From: an uncultured Clostridia bacterium | GTDB taxonomy: Bacteria; Bacillota; Clostridia; TANB77; CAG-508 | Length of the DNA stretch: 64,000 bases | Reading direction: 5' to 3' | Assembly: GCA_947628735.1 (NCBI GenBank) | Contig: CANRAY010000004.1 | Coordinates: forward strand, 3,358 to 67,357 | Shown here: positions 20,871 through 30,605 of the stretch, one piece after another | How positions within the stretch are numbered: position 1 is the stretch's first letter | Layout: every line of letters begins with the position of its first letter | Notes under the pieces: generated by a model | The model's database searches: none | What the model saw: only the letters and a program-made list of their open reading frames with translations | What the model was told of the DNA's origin: nothing | Translations under genes and position numbers: made by a program

Positions 20871-21610
20871 AAAAGATTTTAAGCTCAGTGTTCATTTTAC
20901 TATTACTTGTATTGGCATATTTCGTTATCTTTCAAGGAATATCAGCAGGCAACTTTAGAGTCTTGAGTGTTGGACAAATAATGGATGCGAATGATACACT
21001 AACAAATAAAATTGCTGAAACGAATTCATTACTAAAAAAAGATTTTGTATCTAAAAAAGAAAGCTTATCAAGCGCTGTATCTGATTTACTAGAAAAAAAG
21101 CAAGAATATTTTAACTTAGCTAAAATAAGTACAACTGGTGAGCTTGCAAAAGCAAATAGAGAAGAAACATATTTGATAGAATATTTATGGGTAAGAGTTG
21201 GAAGACATGCAGGAAGCAAAGGCGTTAATTTAAGAATGGATGTTATGTCAGCAGATGCAGGAGATAGAGATGTTAAAAATTTAGCTTTTAATGTAGAAGG
21301 ACAATATCCAGCAATTATAGAATTTCTATATGCAATTGAGGGTGACAGTGATTTGAACTTTAGAATTGATAGTTTTAAAATACTTCCAAATGGTTCAAAT
21401 TCAACTCTAGTAGCAACATTCTATGTAAATAATGTAAGAATTAAGACAGAGACAGCAACAAGTAGTTCATCTGGATCTACAACAGGATCAACATCTGGAT
21501 CATCAACGTCAGGAAGATCAGCAGGATCAACAAGCTCACAAAGCGGAACTCAAAGTAGTTCAATCAGTGATGAAAATAACACAGAAAATACAAATTCTGT
21601 ATCTGAATAA
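20867..21610 (+). CDS. pilO: PilO-like pilus assembly protein with a Ser/Thr/Gly-rich tail
   Basis: N-terminal TM helix, coiled-coil region and PilO-like domain. Overlaps pilM/N by 4 nt (translational coupling). The C-terminal STGS-rich low-complexity region resembles a Gram-positive wall-spanning segment. Confidence 0.55.
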   Translation: MKKILSSVFILLLLVLAYFVIFQGISAGNFRVLSVGQIMDANDTLTNKIAETNSLLKKDFVSKKESLSSAVSDLLEKKQEYFNLAKISTTGELAKANREETYLIEYLWVRVGRHAGSKGVNLRMDVMSADAGDRDVKNLAFNVEGQYPAIIEFLYAIEGDSDLNFRIDSFKILPNGSNSTLVATFYVNNVRIKTETATSSSSGSTTGSTSGSSTSGRSAGSTSSQSGTQSSSISDENNTENTNSVSE

Positions 21611-21612
21611 GA

Positions 21613-22053
21613 TTGGAGGTAAATATGGTAAAGTCAGTCATTAGAGAAATTATTATTATGCTATTGTTATGTGTAGCAATTGTATTGATTTTAGGAATAT
21701 TGTTCTATGATTATATTCCAACAAATAAAATTGTTCCATCAAAGGAAGCATATGTAACTCCAAGTAATGTAAGAGAAGAAATTGAAGAAAATATAACAGA
21801 AATTAAGAAAACAGAAATTTCATATGAGATTACAGGTTCAGATTTAAATATATACAAACAAAGTCAAAGCTATGTTCCTGGTAAAGAAAATCCATTTGCT
21901 TTGGTAAGTGCTGATACAACAAATTCAGTAAATACTAATAGCGTTGGAGGAGGATCTACAGGAGGAAATCAAAGCTCTGGCAACACAGGTAGTAGTGGTA
22001 GTAGCAAACCAAGTGGAAATTCAACAGGTACATTCTTTAATGATGTAAAATAA
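21613..22053 (+). CDS. Pilus-cluster membrane protein of unknown function (PilP-like position)
   Basis: 146 aa. N-terminal TM helix and a Ser/Gly/Asn-rich C-terminus. Lies between pilO and the pilin gene. Confidence 0.4.
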   Translation: MEVNMVKSVIREIIIMLLLCVAIVLILGILFYDYIPTNKIVPSKEAYVTPSNVREEIEENITEIKKTEISYEITGSDLNIYKQSQSYVPGKENPFALVSADTTNSVNTNSVGGGSTGGNQSSGNTGSSGSSKPSGNSTGTFFNDVK

Positions 22054-22116
22054 TAACTTAGGGTATATTTATAATTTATATAGATATATACAAAAAAAGA
22101 TAAGGAGGAATTTTTT

Positions 22117-22347
22117 ATGTTAAACAATCAAAAAGGTATTACTTTAGTAGCATTAGTTGTAACAATCGTTATATTAATTATATTAGCTACAATAAGTATT
22201 TCAGTTGCATTTAATGGAGGATTAATTAACAGAGCTGAAAGTGCTAGAAATCATCAAGCAAATGCTGATGCACAATACAATGAAATTGTAGAATATACAG
22301 ATTCTAAAGTAAATGGCATTTTAGGAAACGCTTTAGCAGGAAACTAA
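22117..22347 (+). CDS. pilA: Short type IV pilin (76 aa precursor, ~68-aa mature) with a Glu5-less prepilin signal
   Basis: Class-III signal MLNNQKG|ITLVALVVTIVILIILA. Strong SD (AAGGAGG). Followed by a hairpin and T-run. Ala sits at +5 instead of the canonical Glu. Confidence 0.7.
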   Translation: MLNNQKGITLVALVVTIVILIILATISISVAFNGGLINRAESARNHQANADAQYNEIVEYTDSKVNGILGNALAGN

Positions 22348-22399
22348 GAAACAGGTATAAAAAATTGATTTTAAACGGTTTAAAATTAGTTTAAACTAA

Positions 22400-22463
22400 A
22401 TATGAGGTTATCTAAGACTAGAATCATTTTATGATAATTGTATTTAGGTAACCTCTATTTTTT
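22400..22463 (+). terminator. Putative terminator after the pilin gene
   Basis: GAGGTTA...TAACCTC stem (extendable with mismatches) followed by TATTTTTT. The loop is unusually large, so confidence is low. Confidence 0.4.
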
Positions 22464-22478
22464 AAAAAGGAGAAGAAC

Positions 22479-23303
22479 ATGGATTATATACTATATCTAT
22501 TAATTTTTTGCATTGGAACAGTATTTGGTAGTTTTTTTACACTTGCCATTTATCGTATTCCATTAAGACAAGATATTACACATACACGTTCTTATTGTCC
22601 TAATTGTCAGCATAAATTAGCTTTTTGGGATATGATTCCAATATTAAGCTATGTCTTCTTAGGAGGAAAATGTAGATACTGTAAAGAAAAAATAAGACCT
22701 CGTTATTTACTTTTAGAAGTATTATCGGGTGTCGTTTTTGTGTTATTTGCAGTTTCAATAAAATTTAGTATTTTTACAATGACACCTTCTGTTATTGTAT
22801 ATTTAATATTTGCCTTATTATATATTGCAACATTATTTATTATTGCAGGAATAGATAAAGAAAAAATAAGAGTAGAAAAGCCAGTTCTATTATTTGGCTT
22901 TATTTGTGTTAGTATTTATATGATTTATCTATATATAATAGAAAATGATCCTAGTATATATAGATATGTTATATATTTGTTTTTAGCATGTATTTTGACT
23001 ATTTTAGATACATTCTATTTAAGAAAAAAAATTAAAAATAGTTATACAATAGATATATTATTATTATTACTTTTAATAGTAACATTTAGTTATGAATTTG
23101 TATCTATTTATACAATTATTGTTACACTTTTAGCTGTTGCAATACAATTATTGTTACATAAATTATGCAATATAAAGAGTAAATGTATTAAAGTCGACAA
23201 AGTAAAAGATAGTAAAATTCCAGTAGCTTTTTATATGTGTGTTGCTAATATTATTATGATGATTATTACTAATATGTATTTTTTTATCAGTAATGGGATA
23301 TAG
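22479..23303 (+). CDS. pilD: Prepilin peptidase (A24 family)
   Basis: N-terminal tetra-Cys zinc motif (CPNCQHK...CRYCKEKI), then a polytopic membrane domain with catalytic Asp positions (AGIDKEK...). Confidence 0.9.
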   Translation: MDYILYLLIFCIGTVFGSFFTLAIYRIPLRQDITHTRSYCPNCQHKLAFWDMIPILSYVFLGGKCRYCKEKIRPRYLLLEVLSGVVFVLFAVSIKFSIFTMTPSVIVYLIFALLYIATLFIIAGIDKEKIRVEKPVLLFGFICVSIYMIYLYIIENDPSIYRYVIYLFLACILTILDTFYLRKKIKNSYTIDILLLLLLIVTFSYEFVSIYTIIVTLLAVAIQLLLHKLCNIKSKCIKVDKVKDSKIPVAFYMCVANIIMMIITNMYFFISNGI

Positions 23304-23311
23304 GTGGTATA

Positions 23312-23737
23312 ATGAAAAAAAGAAGGAAAATTCAATTAAATATTAAATCTAAAAAAGGTTTTACTTTGCAAGATTTAGTTGCAGCAATTATAATATTTCT
23401 TATTTTTACAAGTACTATTGTGGGATTAATGAGTCTTGCTTATCAGATGTCATATAAAATTAGATTAACAGAAAATGCAACTAGTTATGCTATTCAAATT
23501 ATGGAGGATATTGACAAAATTGCCTATGAAGAAGTTAATAGTTCATTAACAGAAACATATTATAAAGAAAAGTTTCAAATACCAGGAGGCTATCATATAC
23601 ATTTAGATATAAATGAAACTGCTTTAGGAACAGTTAAATATGATATTGTAAAAGAAGTAAAATTAACAATTTCTTATACATTGTATGGTGATGATGAAGA
23701 AATTGTTATAGACAGATATAAAATAAGGGAGTTGTAA
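23312..23737 (+). CDS. Minor pilin/pseudopilin with a near-canonical prepilin signal
   Basis: KKG|FTLQDLVAAIIIFLIF. Asp at +5. 141 aa. Confidence 0.7.
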   Translation: MKKRRKIQLNIKSKKGFTLQDLVAAIIIFLIFTSTIVGLMSLAYQMSYKIRLTENATSYAIQIMEDIDKIAYEEVNSSLTETYYKEKFQIPGGYHIHLDINETALGTVKYDIVKEVKLTISYTLYGDDEEIVIDRYKIREL

Positions 23738-23741
23738 CGAT

Positions 23742-24197
23742 ATGGTAAAATCAGAAAGAGGTGTTACTTTAATTGCTTTAATTATATATATTGCTATGTT
23801 TATGATAATTATTGCTATTATGGGTACAATTAGTAATTATTTTTATAAAAATGTGACAGAAATTAAAGAGCCTTTGAAATATCCATCTGAATTAAATAAA
23901 TTTAACATGTTTTTTATTAATGACGTAAAGAAAAATCAAACAGCTATAACAAATGAAAATGGAACTAGTGTAAGATTTGAAGATGGCACAACTTATATGT
24001 ATTCAGCTGGCAAAATATATAGAGATGACGTTGAAATAGCTAAGAATGTTAAAGATGCAAAATTTTATATGGTAGATTCTTATTATGTAGGAGATGTAAA
24101 AAAGGAAATTGTAAATGTTCAGATTTGGTTTTTAAATGATCCTAGATCTGAAGAAGAAATTATAGAAGGAACAGATTATGTATTGAAATATTGGTAA
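23742..24197 (+). CDS. Minor pilin/pseudopilin, Glu5-less variant
   Basis: ERG|VTLIALIIYIAMFMIII. 151 aa. Starts 5 nt after the previous gene. Confidence 0.65.
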   Translation: MVKSERGVTLIALIIYIAMFMIIIAIMGTISNYFYKNVTEIKEPLKYPSELNKFNMFFINDVKKNQTAITNENGTSVRFEDGTTYMYSAGKIYRDDVEIAKNVKDAKFYMVDSYYVGDVKKEIVNVQIWFLNDPRSEEEIIEGTDYVLKYW

Positions 24198-24284
24198 ATA
24201 AATGTAAATTTATATTAAATCTATTCTTTTTAAAAGATATATAGTATAATTAAAAATAGATGAACAAAAGAAAGGAGTCATGTT

Positions 24285-25907
24285 ATGGATAAAAGACAAC
24301 CTTTAGGAATTGAATTAGTAAAAAGGGGAATTGTAACAGAAAGTGACATTGAGAAAGCTTTAGATTATCAAAAGGCAGAGCCAAGGAAAAAAATAGGAGA
24401 TATACTAAATATATTAAGATTGGCTGATCCATATGTTTTGATTGATGCAATAGGTGAAATTTTAGGAGAAAAAGCAATTTATTTAAGAGAAGCTGATATT
24501 AGAGTTAATATGTTAGACTATATTTCTTTAGATATTGCAAGACAAACAAAAGCGATTCCTTTTGAAGAAGATGGAGGACGAATAAAGGTATGTTTTGCAG
24601 ATACCAGTAACAGACGTTCTGTTGAGACAGTAAGATTGTTATTGCTTAATAAAGGTCTAGTAATGGAAAAATATATTACCTTCGAAACAAATATAGATAC
24701 AATTTTAAATTCATTAGAAGGTAGTTCTGAAAATATTAATATTACATCAGATGTATCTGGATTTTTGGATAGTGTTATTAAATCAGCAATGGAGAAACGT
24801 GCAAGTGATATTCATATTGAACCAATGCAAATGGGACTAAGAGTTAGGTACAGAATTGATGGTCAATTGATGACAGCTATTCAAATAGGTAATGATAAAC
24901 AAGCACAAATAATAGGAAGATTAAAAGCTATTTCAAATATGCATCAAGAAAAACAAGAGTCACAAGATGGTAGAATTATTTTATATCCTGATTATAATAT
25001 TCGTGTATCTTCACAAAAGAATATATATGGAGAGAAATTCGTTTTAAGATTATTGAAGAAAGATGCTGATGTTAGAGGTTTATTTGATTTAGGATTTCCT
25101 GATGATGATCAACTTATAAAAGATGCTTTTAATAAAAAGAATAGTATTACAGTTATTGCGGCACCAACTGGAGAAGGTAAAACAACTACTTTATATAGTA
25201 TTATAGATTTCTTAAATAGAAATGAAATCAATATAACAACAATTGAGGACCCAGTTGAAATTCGTATTAATGGATTAAATCAAATTGAAATCGATAATGT
25301 TAAAACAACATTTGCTAATTCATTAAGAACAGTTCTTAGACAAGATCCTGATATCATTCTAGTAGGAGAAATTAGAGATAATGAAACAGCAGAAATAGCA
25401 ATGCAAGCAGGTCAAACAGGACATTATGTTTTGTCAACAATACATACAATAGATGCAATTGAGGTTATTACTAGATTAAGAAAAATGGGAGTTTCAAATT
25501 ATGATATTTCTAGTACATTAGCAACAACAGTATCTCAAAGATTAGTAAGAAGGTTATGTCCAAATTGTGCTAAAGAAAGACCTTTTACAGATAAAGAAAT
25601 AGAAATTATGACTGAAATTGGAAATAAGTCTGGTGTGAAATTTGACTTTAAAGGGAAAACTACTTTTGATGCAGTTGGATGTAAGAAATGTAATAATACA
25701 GGTTACTATGGTAGAATTGGTATTTTTGAAGTATTAATTCTTAATGATGATATTAAAGAGTTGATTGTAAAAGATGCTTCACCACTAGAAATTAAAAAAG
25801 TTGCATTACAATCTGGATATTTACCATTAATTATAGATGGAATTAATAAAGTTTTATCTGGTATTACCAATTTAGAAGAACTAAATAATAAGTTAGCATT
25901 ATATTAA
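24285..25907 (+). CDS. pilB: Type IV pilus assembly ATPase PilB (GspE family)
   Basis: N-terminal GspII/MshEN-like domain, Walker A (AAPTGEGKTTT), Asp/His boxes and tetra-Cys zinc motif (CPNC...CKKC). Confidence 0.9.
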   Translation: MDKRQPLGIELVKRGIVTESDIEKALDYQKAEPRKKIGDILNILRLADPYVLIDAIGEILGEKAIYLREADIRVNMLDYISLDIARQTKAIPFEEDGGRIKVCFADTSNRRSVETVRLLLLNKGLVMEKYITFETNIDTILNSLEGSSENINITSDVSGFLDSVIKSAMEKRASDIHIEPMQMGLRVRYRIDGQLMTAIQIGNDKQAQIIGRLKAISNMHQEKQESQDGRIILYPDYNIRVSSQKNIYGEKFVLRLLKKDADVRGLFDLGFPDDDQLIKDAFNKKNSITVIAAPTGEGKTTTLYSIIDFLNRNEINITTIEDPVEIRINGLNQIEIDNVKTTFANSLRTVLRQDPDIILVGEIRDNETAEIAMQAGQTGHYVLSTIHTIDAIEVITRLRKMGVSNYDISSTLATTVSQRLVRRLCPNCAKERPFTDKEIEIMTEIGNKSGVKFDFKGKTTFDAVGCKKCNNTGYYGRIGIFEVLILNDDIKELIVKDASPLEIKKVALQSGYLPLIIDGINKVLSGITNLEELNNKLALY

Positions 25908-25931
25908 AAATGAAAACAGGGGGAAAAACAA

Positions 25932-27047
25932 ATGATAGATATGGATAAAGTTTTAAGGACAGCTCAGGAAAAGGATGCTTCTGACGTACATTTAATTTGT
26001 GGAATTAAGCCAACACTAAGAATTCGTAGAGAATTAGTTGATTGCCCAGAAACAGATGTATTAACAGAAGATGATATGGCAGATATTTATGATTATTTTG
26101 TAAGAGGTAATTTAGATAAAGATAAAGTATTTAAAGAAACTAAAAAATTAGATAGCTCTTTTGTATTTGGAGAATTACGTTTGAGGGTTAATATATCTCT
26201 TTCAAATGAAATACCAATTTTTACTCTTAGATTAATAAAAAATACATTACCAAAATATGAAGATTTAGGAGTTCCAGATGTTGTTAGAAGAACAACATAT
26301 CAACCTCAAGGACTTATCCTTGTAACTGGAAAAACAAACTCTGGTAAAACAACTACATTAAATGCTTTAATTAATGAAATAAATGAAACACAAAACAAAA
26401 AGATTTTAACATTGGAAAAACCAGTCGAGTTTAAACATACTAGTAAAAAATCAATTATTGTTCAAAAAGAAATTGGACCAGGTGGAGATTCTTTAACATA
26501 TAGTGATGGTGTAAAGAACTGTTTAAGAGAGGACTGTGATATTCTAGTAGTAGGAGAGATTAGAGATAAAGAGACTATGGAAGCAGCTATTGAAACTGCT
26601 GAATCAGGACATTTAGTTATTGGAACATTGCATACGAAATCTTGTGCAGAAACTATAGACAGAATGGTTAACTTTTATGAAATAAGAGATCAACAACAAA
26701 TTAAATATTTAATTTCATCACTTTTGAAATTAGTTATTGCACAGAGATTGTTACCAGCTAGAGATGGTTCTTTAGTATTAGTACCAGAAGTTATGGTAGT
26801 AGATAATATTATTTCAGGTATTATACGTAAAGAAAAAATAAGTGTTGCTGAAATAGAAGATGCTATTCAAAGTAATAGTGAAAAAGGAAGTATAAGTTTA
26901 ATAAATTCTATTGCTCAATTATTTGTAGATGATATAATTACATTAGATCAAGCAAAAGCACAAATAGAGGAGAAAAATATAGAAATTTTAAATAGAACAA
27001 TTATGCAATTAAAAATCAAAAAAGAAAAAAGATCAACAACAATGTAA
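25932..27047 (+). CDS. pilT: Twitching-motility retraction ATPase PilT
   Basis: ASDVHL...PTLRI N-terminus, Walker A (GKTNSGKTTT), and the size (371 aa) and layout of the PilT family. Confidence 0.88.
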   Translation: MIDMDKVLRTAQEKDASDVHLICGIKPTLRIRRELVDCPETDVLTEDDMADIYDYFVRGNLDKDKVFKETKKLDSSFVFGELRLRVNISLSNEIPIFTLRLIKNTLPKYEDLGVPDVVRRTTYQPQGLILVTGKTNSGKTTTLNALINEINETQNKKILTLEKPVEFKHTSKKSIIVQKEIGPGGDSLTYSDGVKNCLREDCDILVVGEIRDKETMEAAIETAESGHLVIGTLHTKSCAETIDRMVNFYEIRDQQQIKYLISSLLKLVIAQRLLPARDGSLVLVPEVMVVDNIISGIIRKEKISVAEIEDAIQSNSEKGSISLINSIAQLFVDDIITLDQAKAQIEEKNIEILNRTIMQLKIKKEKRSTTM

Positions 27048-27081
27048 ATTCGTTTTATAATGACGAGAAAAGGAGGGAAAA

Positions 27082-28446
27082 ATGCCAGAATATGTTTATC
27101 GTGCAGTAACTTCTAAGGGGCAAATAGTTAGAAACAGAGTGGAAGAAGCCAGCAAAAATACTTTAGTAAAAAAACTGAAGAGTAATGATATGTTACCTAT
27201 TAGTATTGTTCAAGTAGGCTTAATGGGAAAAAAGATTGGTAATAAGAAACAAAATAAAAGAAATATGATAGATATTAATGAAATTATGACACAGGCTGAT
27301 TCATCAAGTATTTTGCAAGGTAAAGCTCAATTAAAACCATCTTTTAAAGAAAGAGTCAATTTGTTAATTGCAAAAGATGAGAAGATTACTATTCAGGATG
27401 TAATTATTTTTACACAGAATTTTTACTTATTAAAAAAGGCCAACTTTAATAATATTCATGCATTAAGTACAATTATAGAAAGTACAGATAATTTATCTTT
27501 AAGAGGTGTTTTGCAGGATATTTTAGCAGGAGTTGAAGGTGGAGAATATATGTATGTTACGATGGAATATTATTCTAACATCTTTCCATACATATACATA
27601 AATATGATTAAAGTAGGAGAACTATCTGGAAATTTAACACAATCTTTGGAACAAGCTGTTAAATATTTGGAAACTTCTTCGAAAACGCAAAAAACATTAA
27701 GAGGAATTATTGTACCAAATTTACTTCAATTATTAATGATATTAGGTTTATTAATATTTGGTGTAGCATATATTATTCCATTAATTCAAGATGCATTCGC
27801 ACAGTCAGGAACAACAGCACAATTACCTGGTATTACACTGTGGTTTGTTGATTTTTGTAATGTGCTTATGGCAAATTGGTATATACCAGTTGTTATTATT
27901 GCAGGAATTGTGGCGATTATTGTTACTTATGTCAATACTCCAAAAGGAAAATATCAATTTCATTATTTTAAATACACAATGCCAGTTTTCGGAAAATTAA
28001 TTTTCGCAATGGATTTTTCAAGATTAATGAAAGCAATGCTTCTAAACCTACAAAATGGAATGAGAATACAAGATGCTTTGGAAGTAGGCAAATCTGTTAT
28101 AAAAAACTATGTTTTGTTGTCTATTATTGAAACAGCAATTAACAATATTTTAATAGGTACTTCATGGATAGAGCCATTTGAAAAGTCTGGATTATGTTCT
28201 TCAATGCAGACTGAGATGCTTAAAATAGGTATGCAAACTGATTTACCAGAAATGATGGAAAAATTAGTAGAATACATGGATATTGAAATTAATAATCAAA
28301 TGCAAAGAGTTATGAAGGTATTACCACAAATCGTATATTCTATTGTTGGTATATTCTTAATTTTCTTAGTACTTGTTATTATCGTACCTTGTGTTCAATT
28401 ATATATGGGAGATTGGATTTTCGACGCAGTGGATTTACCTATGTAA
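27082..28446 (+). CDS. pilC: Type IV pilus platform protein PilC (GspF family)
   Basis: Two GspF repeats, each with paired TM segments. 454 aa. Confidence 0.88.
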   Translation: MPEYVYRAVTSKGQIVRNRVEEASKNTLVKKLKSNDMLPISIVQVGLMGKKIGNKKQNKRNMIDINEIMTQADSSSILQGKAQLKPSFKERVNLLIAKDEKITIQDVIIFTQNFYLLKKANFNNIHALSTIIESTDNLSLRGVLQDILAGVEGGEYMYVTMEYYSNIFPYIYINMIKVGELSGNLTQSLEQAVKYLETSSKTQKTLRGIIVPNLLQLLMILGLLIFGVAYIIPLIQDAFAQSGTTAQLPGITLWFVDFCNVLMANWYIPVVIIAGIVAIIVTYVNTPKGKYQFHYFKYTMPVFGKLIFAMDFSRLMKAMLLNLQNGMRIQDALEVGKSVIKNYVLLSIIETAINNILIGTSWIEPFEKSGLCSSMQTEMLKIGMQTDLPEMMEKLVEYMDIEINNQMQRVMKVLPQIVYSIVGIFLIFLVLVIIVPCVQLYMGDWIFDAVDLPM

Positions 28447-28561
28447 AAATAAAAGTAAATATAAGAAAGCGAGTAATCATTATAATATTTGGTTACTTGC
28501 TTTTTTGTGTAATTTGCATTATTATATTTTTAGTAAAATGAAATCAAAGGATGGAAATGGT

Positions 28562-29455
28562 ATGAAAGTAGGTATAGATATTGGGGGAAGTCATATTTCA
28601 ATAGGACTAGTAGAAGACGGAAAAATAATTCAAAAGTTAGAGCAAGATATTCAAAATTATGATGATATACAAGAATTTCTTGTGAATTATGTGGATAAAG
28701 GACTAGAAAAATTCAGTGAAATTGCAGATATTTCGTCTATTGGAATTGCTGCACCGGGAAATCCTGATGGATGCACTATATTTAATTTAGTAAATTTGGG
28801 TATAGAAAAGGTTGACTTTGGATTTATAGAAGAAAAATATCATTTAAAAATAAAATCAATAAATGATGGAAAAGCATCAGGATTAGCAGAAAAGAAGTAT
28901 GGAGCAATGAGAGAGTTTAGAGATAGTGTATTTTTGTGTTTAGGAACAGGTATTGGTGGAGCAGTATTTTTAAATGATCAATTATTGTTAGCTAATCGAA
29001 ATCCTGGATTTGAACTAGGACATATGATTATTGAAAAAAACGGAAAACAGTGTAAATGTGGGAAAAAAGGATGTTTTGAAACATATTGTTCTATGAAACG
29101 TTTTAAAGAAAATGTTGTACAAATATTACAAGAAATAGGAGTATTAGTTTCAGTAGAAGATGCATCTAATATTGTTGTACAATTAAAGGCAAATATAGAA
29201 AATCCAAAATTAAATCAATTAGTGGAGAATTATATTAATGATATGATAATAGGATTATCTAATATTATTGATATATTTGAACCAGAAGGAATTGTATTAG
29301 GTGGTAGTTTTGTATACTTTAAAGATATATTATATAATAGATTAATAGATGAAATGTCACAACGTAGATATGTTTTTAATCATAATTATTTACCAAAGAT
29401 AGAATTAGCTGAGCTGCAAAATGATGCTGGGTTAATTGGAGCTACATTAATATAA
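28562..29455 (+). CDS. ROK-family sugar kinase (glucokinase-like)
   Basis: MKVGIDIGGSHI start. ROK zinc motif (CKCGKKGCFE). Start chosen at the ATG that has an SD. The ORF-track extension overlaps pilC. Confidence 0.8.
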   Translation: MKVGIDIGGSHISIGLVEDGKIIQKLEQDIQNYDDIQEFLVNYVDKGLEKFSEIADISSIGIAAPGNPDGCTIFNLVNLGIEKVDFGFIEEKYHLKIKSINDGKASGLAEKKYGAMREFRDSVFLCLGTGIGGAVFLNDQLLLANRNPGFELGHMIIEKNGKQCKCGKKGCFETYCSMKRFKENVVQILQEIGVLVSVEDASNIVVQLKANIENPKLNQLVENYINDMIIGLSNIIDIFEPEGIVLGGSFVYFKDILYNRLIDEMSQRRYVFNHNYLPKIELAELQNDAGLIGATLI

Positions 29456-29483
29456 AATGAGATATGTAATAGAAGGAATGAAA

Positions 29484-30524
29484 ATGAAGAAAAAAATTGG
29501 TAAATTGTTCTTGATAATAATGGGAATTAGCATACTTTTAGGAGTGGGATATATTATTTATCAAAATAATGTTAATAAAACAGTTAGTGTAATGCAGTTA
29601 GAAGAAAGTCCTAAAAATGATGCGCCTCCTGTTATTTGTTTGAAAGGAGAAAAAGAAATTACATTAAATGAAGGAGAAAGTTATCAGGAACAAGGATATT
29701 CTGCAATAGATGAAGAAGAAGGAAGTATTGTTAAAAAAGTAAAAATTGAAAGAGAGGAAATTGATAAAGATAAATATAAATTAATTTATACAGTTAAAGA
29801 TTCATCAGGTAATGAGGCGAAAGAAGAAAGAATTGTAAAAATAAAGAGAAAAAATAAATCAAAAGGAGAAAAGAATAAAGAGGAAAAGAAAAATAATAAA
29901 GGAATTATTTATTTAACTTTTGATGATGGTCCTTCAAGTAATACATCTAAAATATTAGATATATTGAAAGAGGAAGGAGTAAATGCAACATTCTTTTTGC
30001 TAAATTATAGTGATGAACAAGAAAATTTAGTAAAAAGAGAAGTAGCGGAAGGTAATGCGATTGGTATTCATGGATATTCTCATGACTATGGTAAAATTTA
30101 TAAATCGGTAGATAGTTATATGGAAAATTTGGATAAGTTGCAAGAAAAAATATATAAATCAACTGGAGAAAAAACTACGATTACTAGATTTCCGGGAGGT
30201 AGTTCTAATACAATTAGTGATTTTAATCCTGGAATTATGACAAAACTTTCTAAAGAGGTTGAAAAACGTGGATATCAATATTGTGATTGGAATGTAGATT
30301 CTAATGATGCAGGTGGTTCAGATAGTGAAAATGAAATTTATAAAAATGTTGTTAATGGTTTATTTAAGAATGGAAGAAATGTTGTATTGATGCATGATGC
30401 AAATGGAAAAGGAGCAACGGTTAAGGCTTTGAAAAAAATCATTAAATATGGTAAAGAAAATGGTTATTCTTTTCAAGTAATTACACCAGAAACAGAGATG
30501 GTTCATCATGGAATTGCTAATTGA
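29484..30524 (+). CDS. Membrane-anchored polysaccharide deacetylase (NodB homology) with an Ig-like DUF5011 domain
   Basis: TM helix. The DUF5011-like segment is GYSAIDEEEG...YTVKDSSGNEA. The NodB motifs are TFDDGPS and HGYSHDY. Confidence 0.8.
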   Translation: MKKKIGKLFLIIMGISILLGVGYIIYQNNVNKTVSVMQLEESPKNDAPPVICLKGEKEITLNEGESYQEQGYSAIDEEEGSIVKKVKIEREEIDKDKYKLIYTVKDSSGNEAKEERIVKIKRKNKSKGEKNKEEKKNNKGIIYLTFDDGPSSNTSKILDILKEEGVNATFFLLNYSDEQENLVKREVAEGNAIGIHGYSHDYGKIYKSVDSYMENLDKLQEKIYKSTGEKTTITRFPGGSSNTISDFNPGIMTKLSKEVEKRGYQYCDWNVDSNDAGGSDSENEIYKNVVNGLFKNGRNVVLMHDANGKGATVKALKKIIKYGKENGYSFQVITPETEMVHHGIAN

Positions 30525-30605
30525 AATTTACTAAAAAAGTAGTTGAAAAATAAAAAAAGATAATATATAATAAAAGGTGAGAAAACATAAGAGGAGGAAT
30601 AAAAA

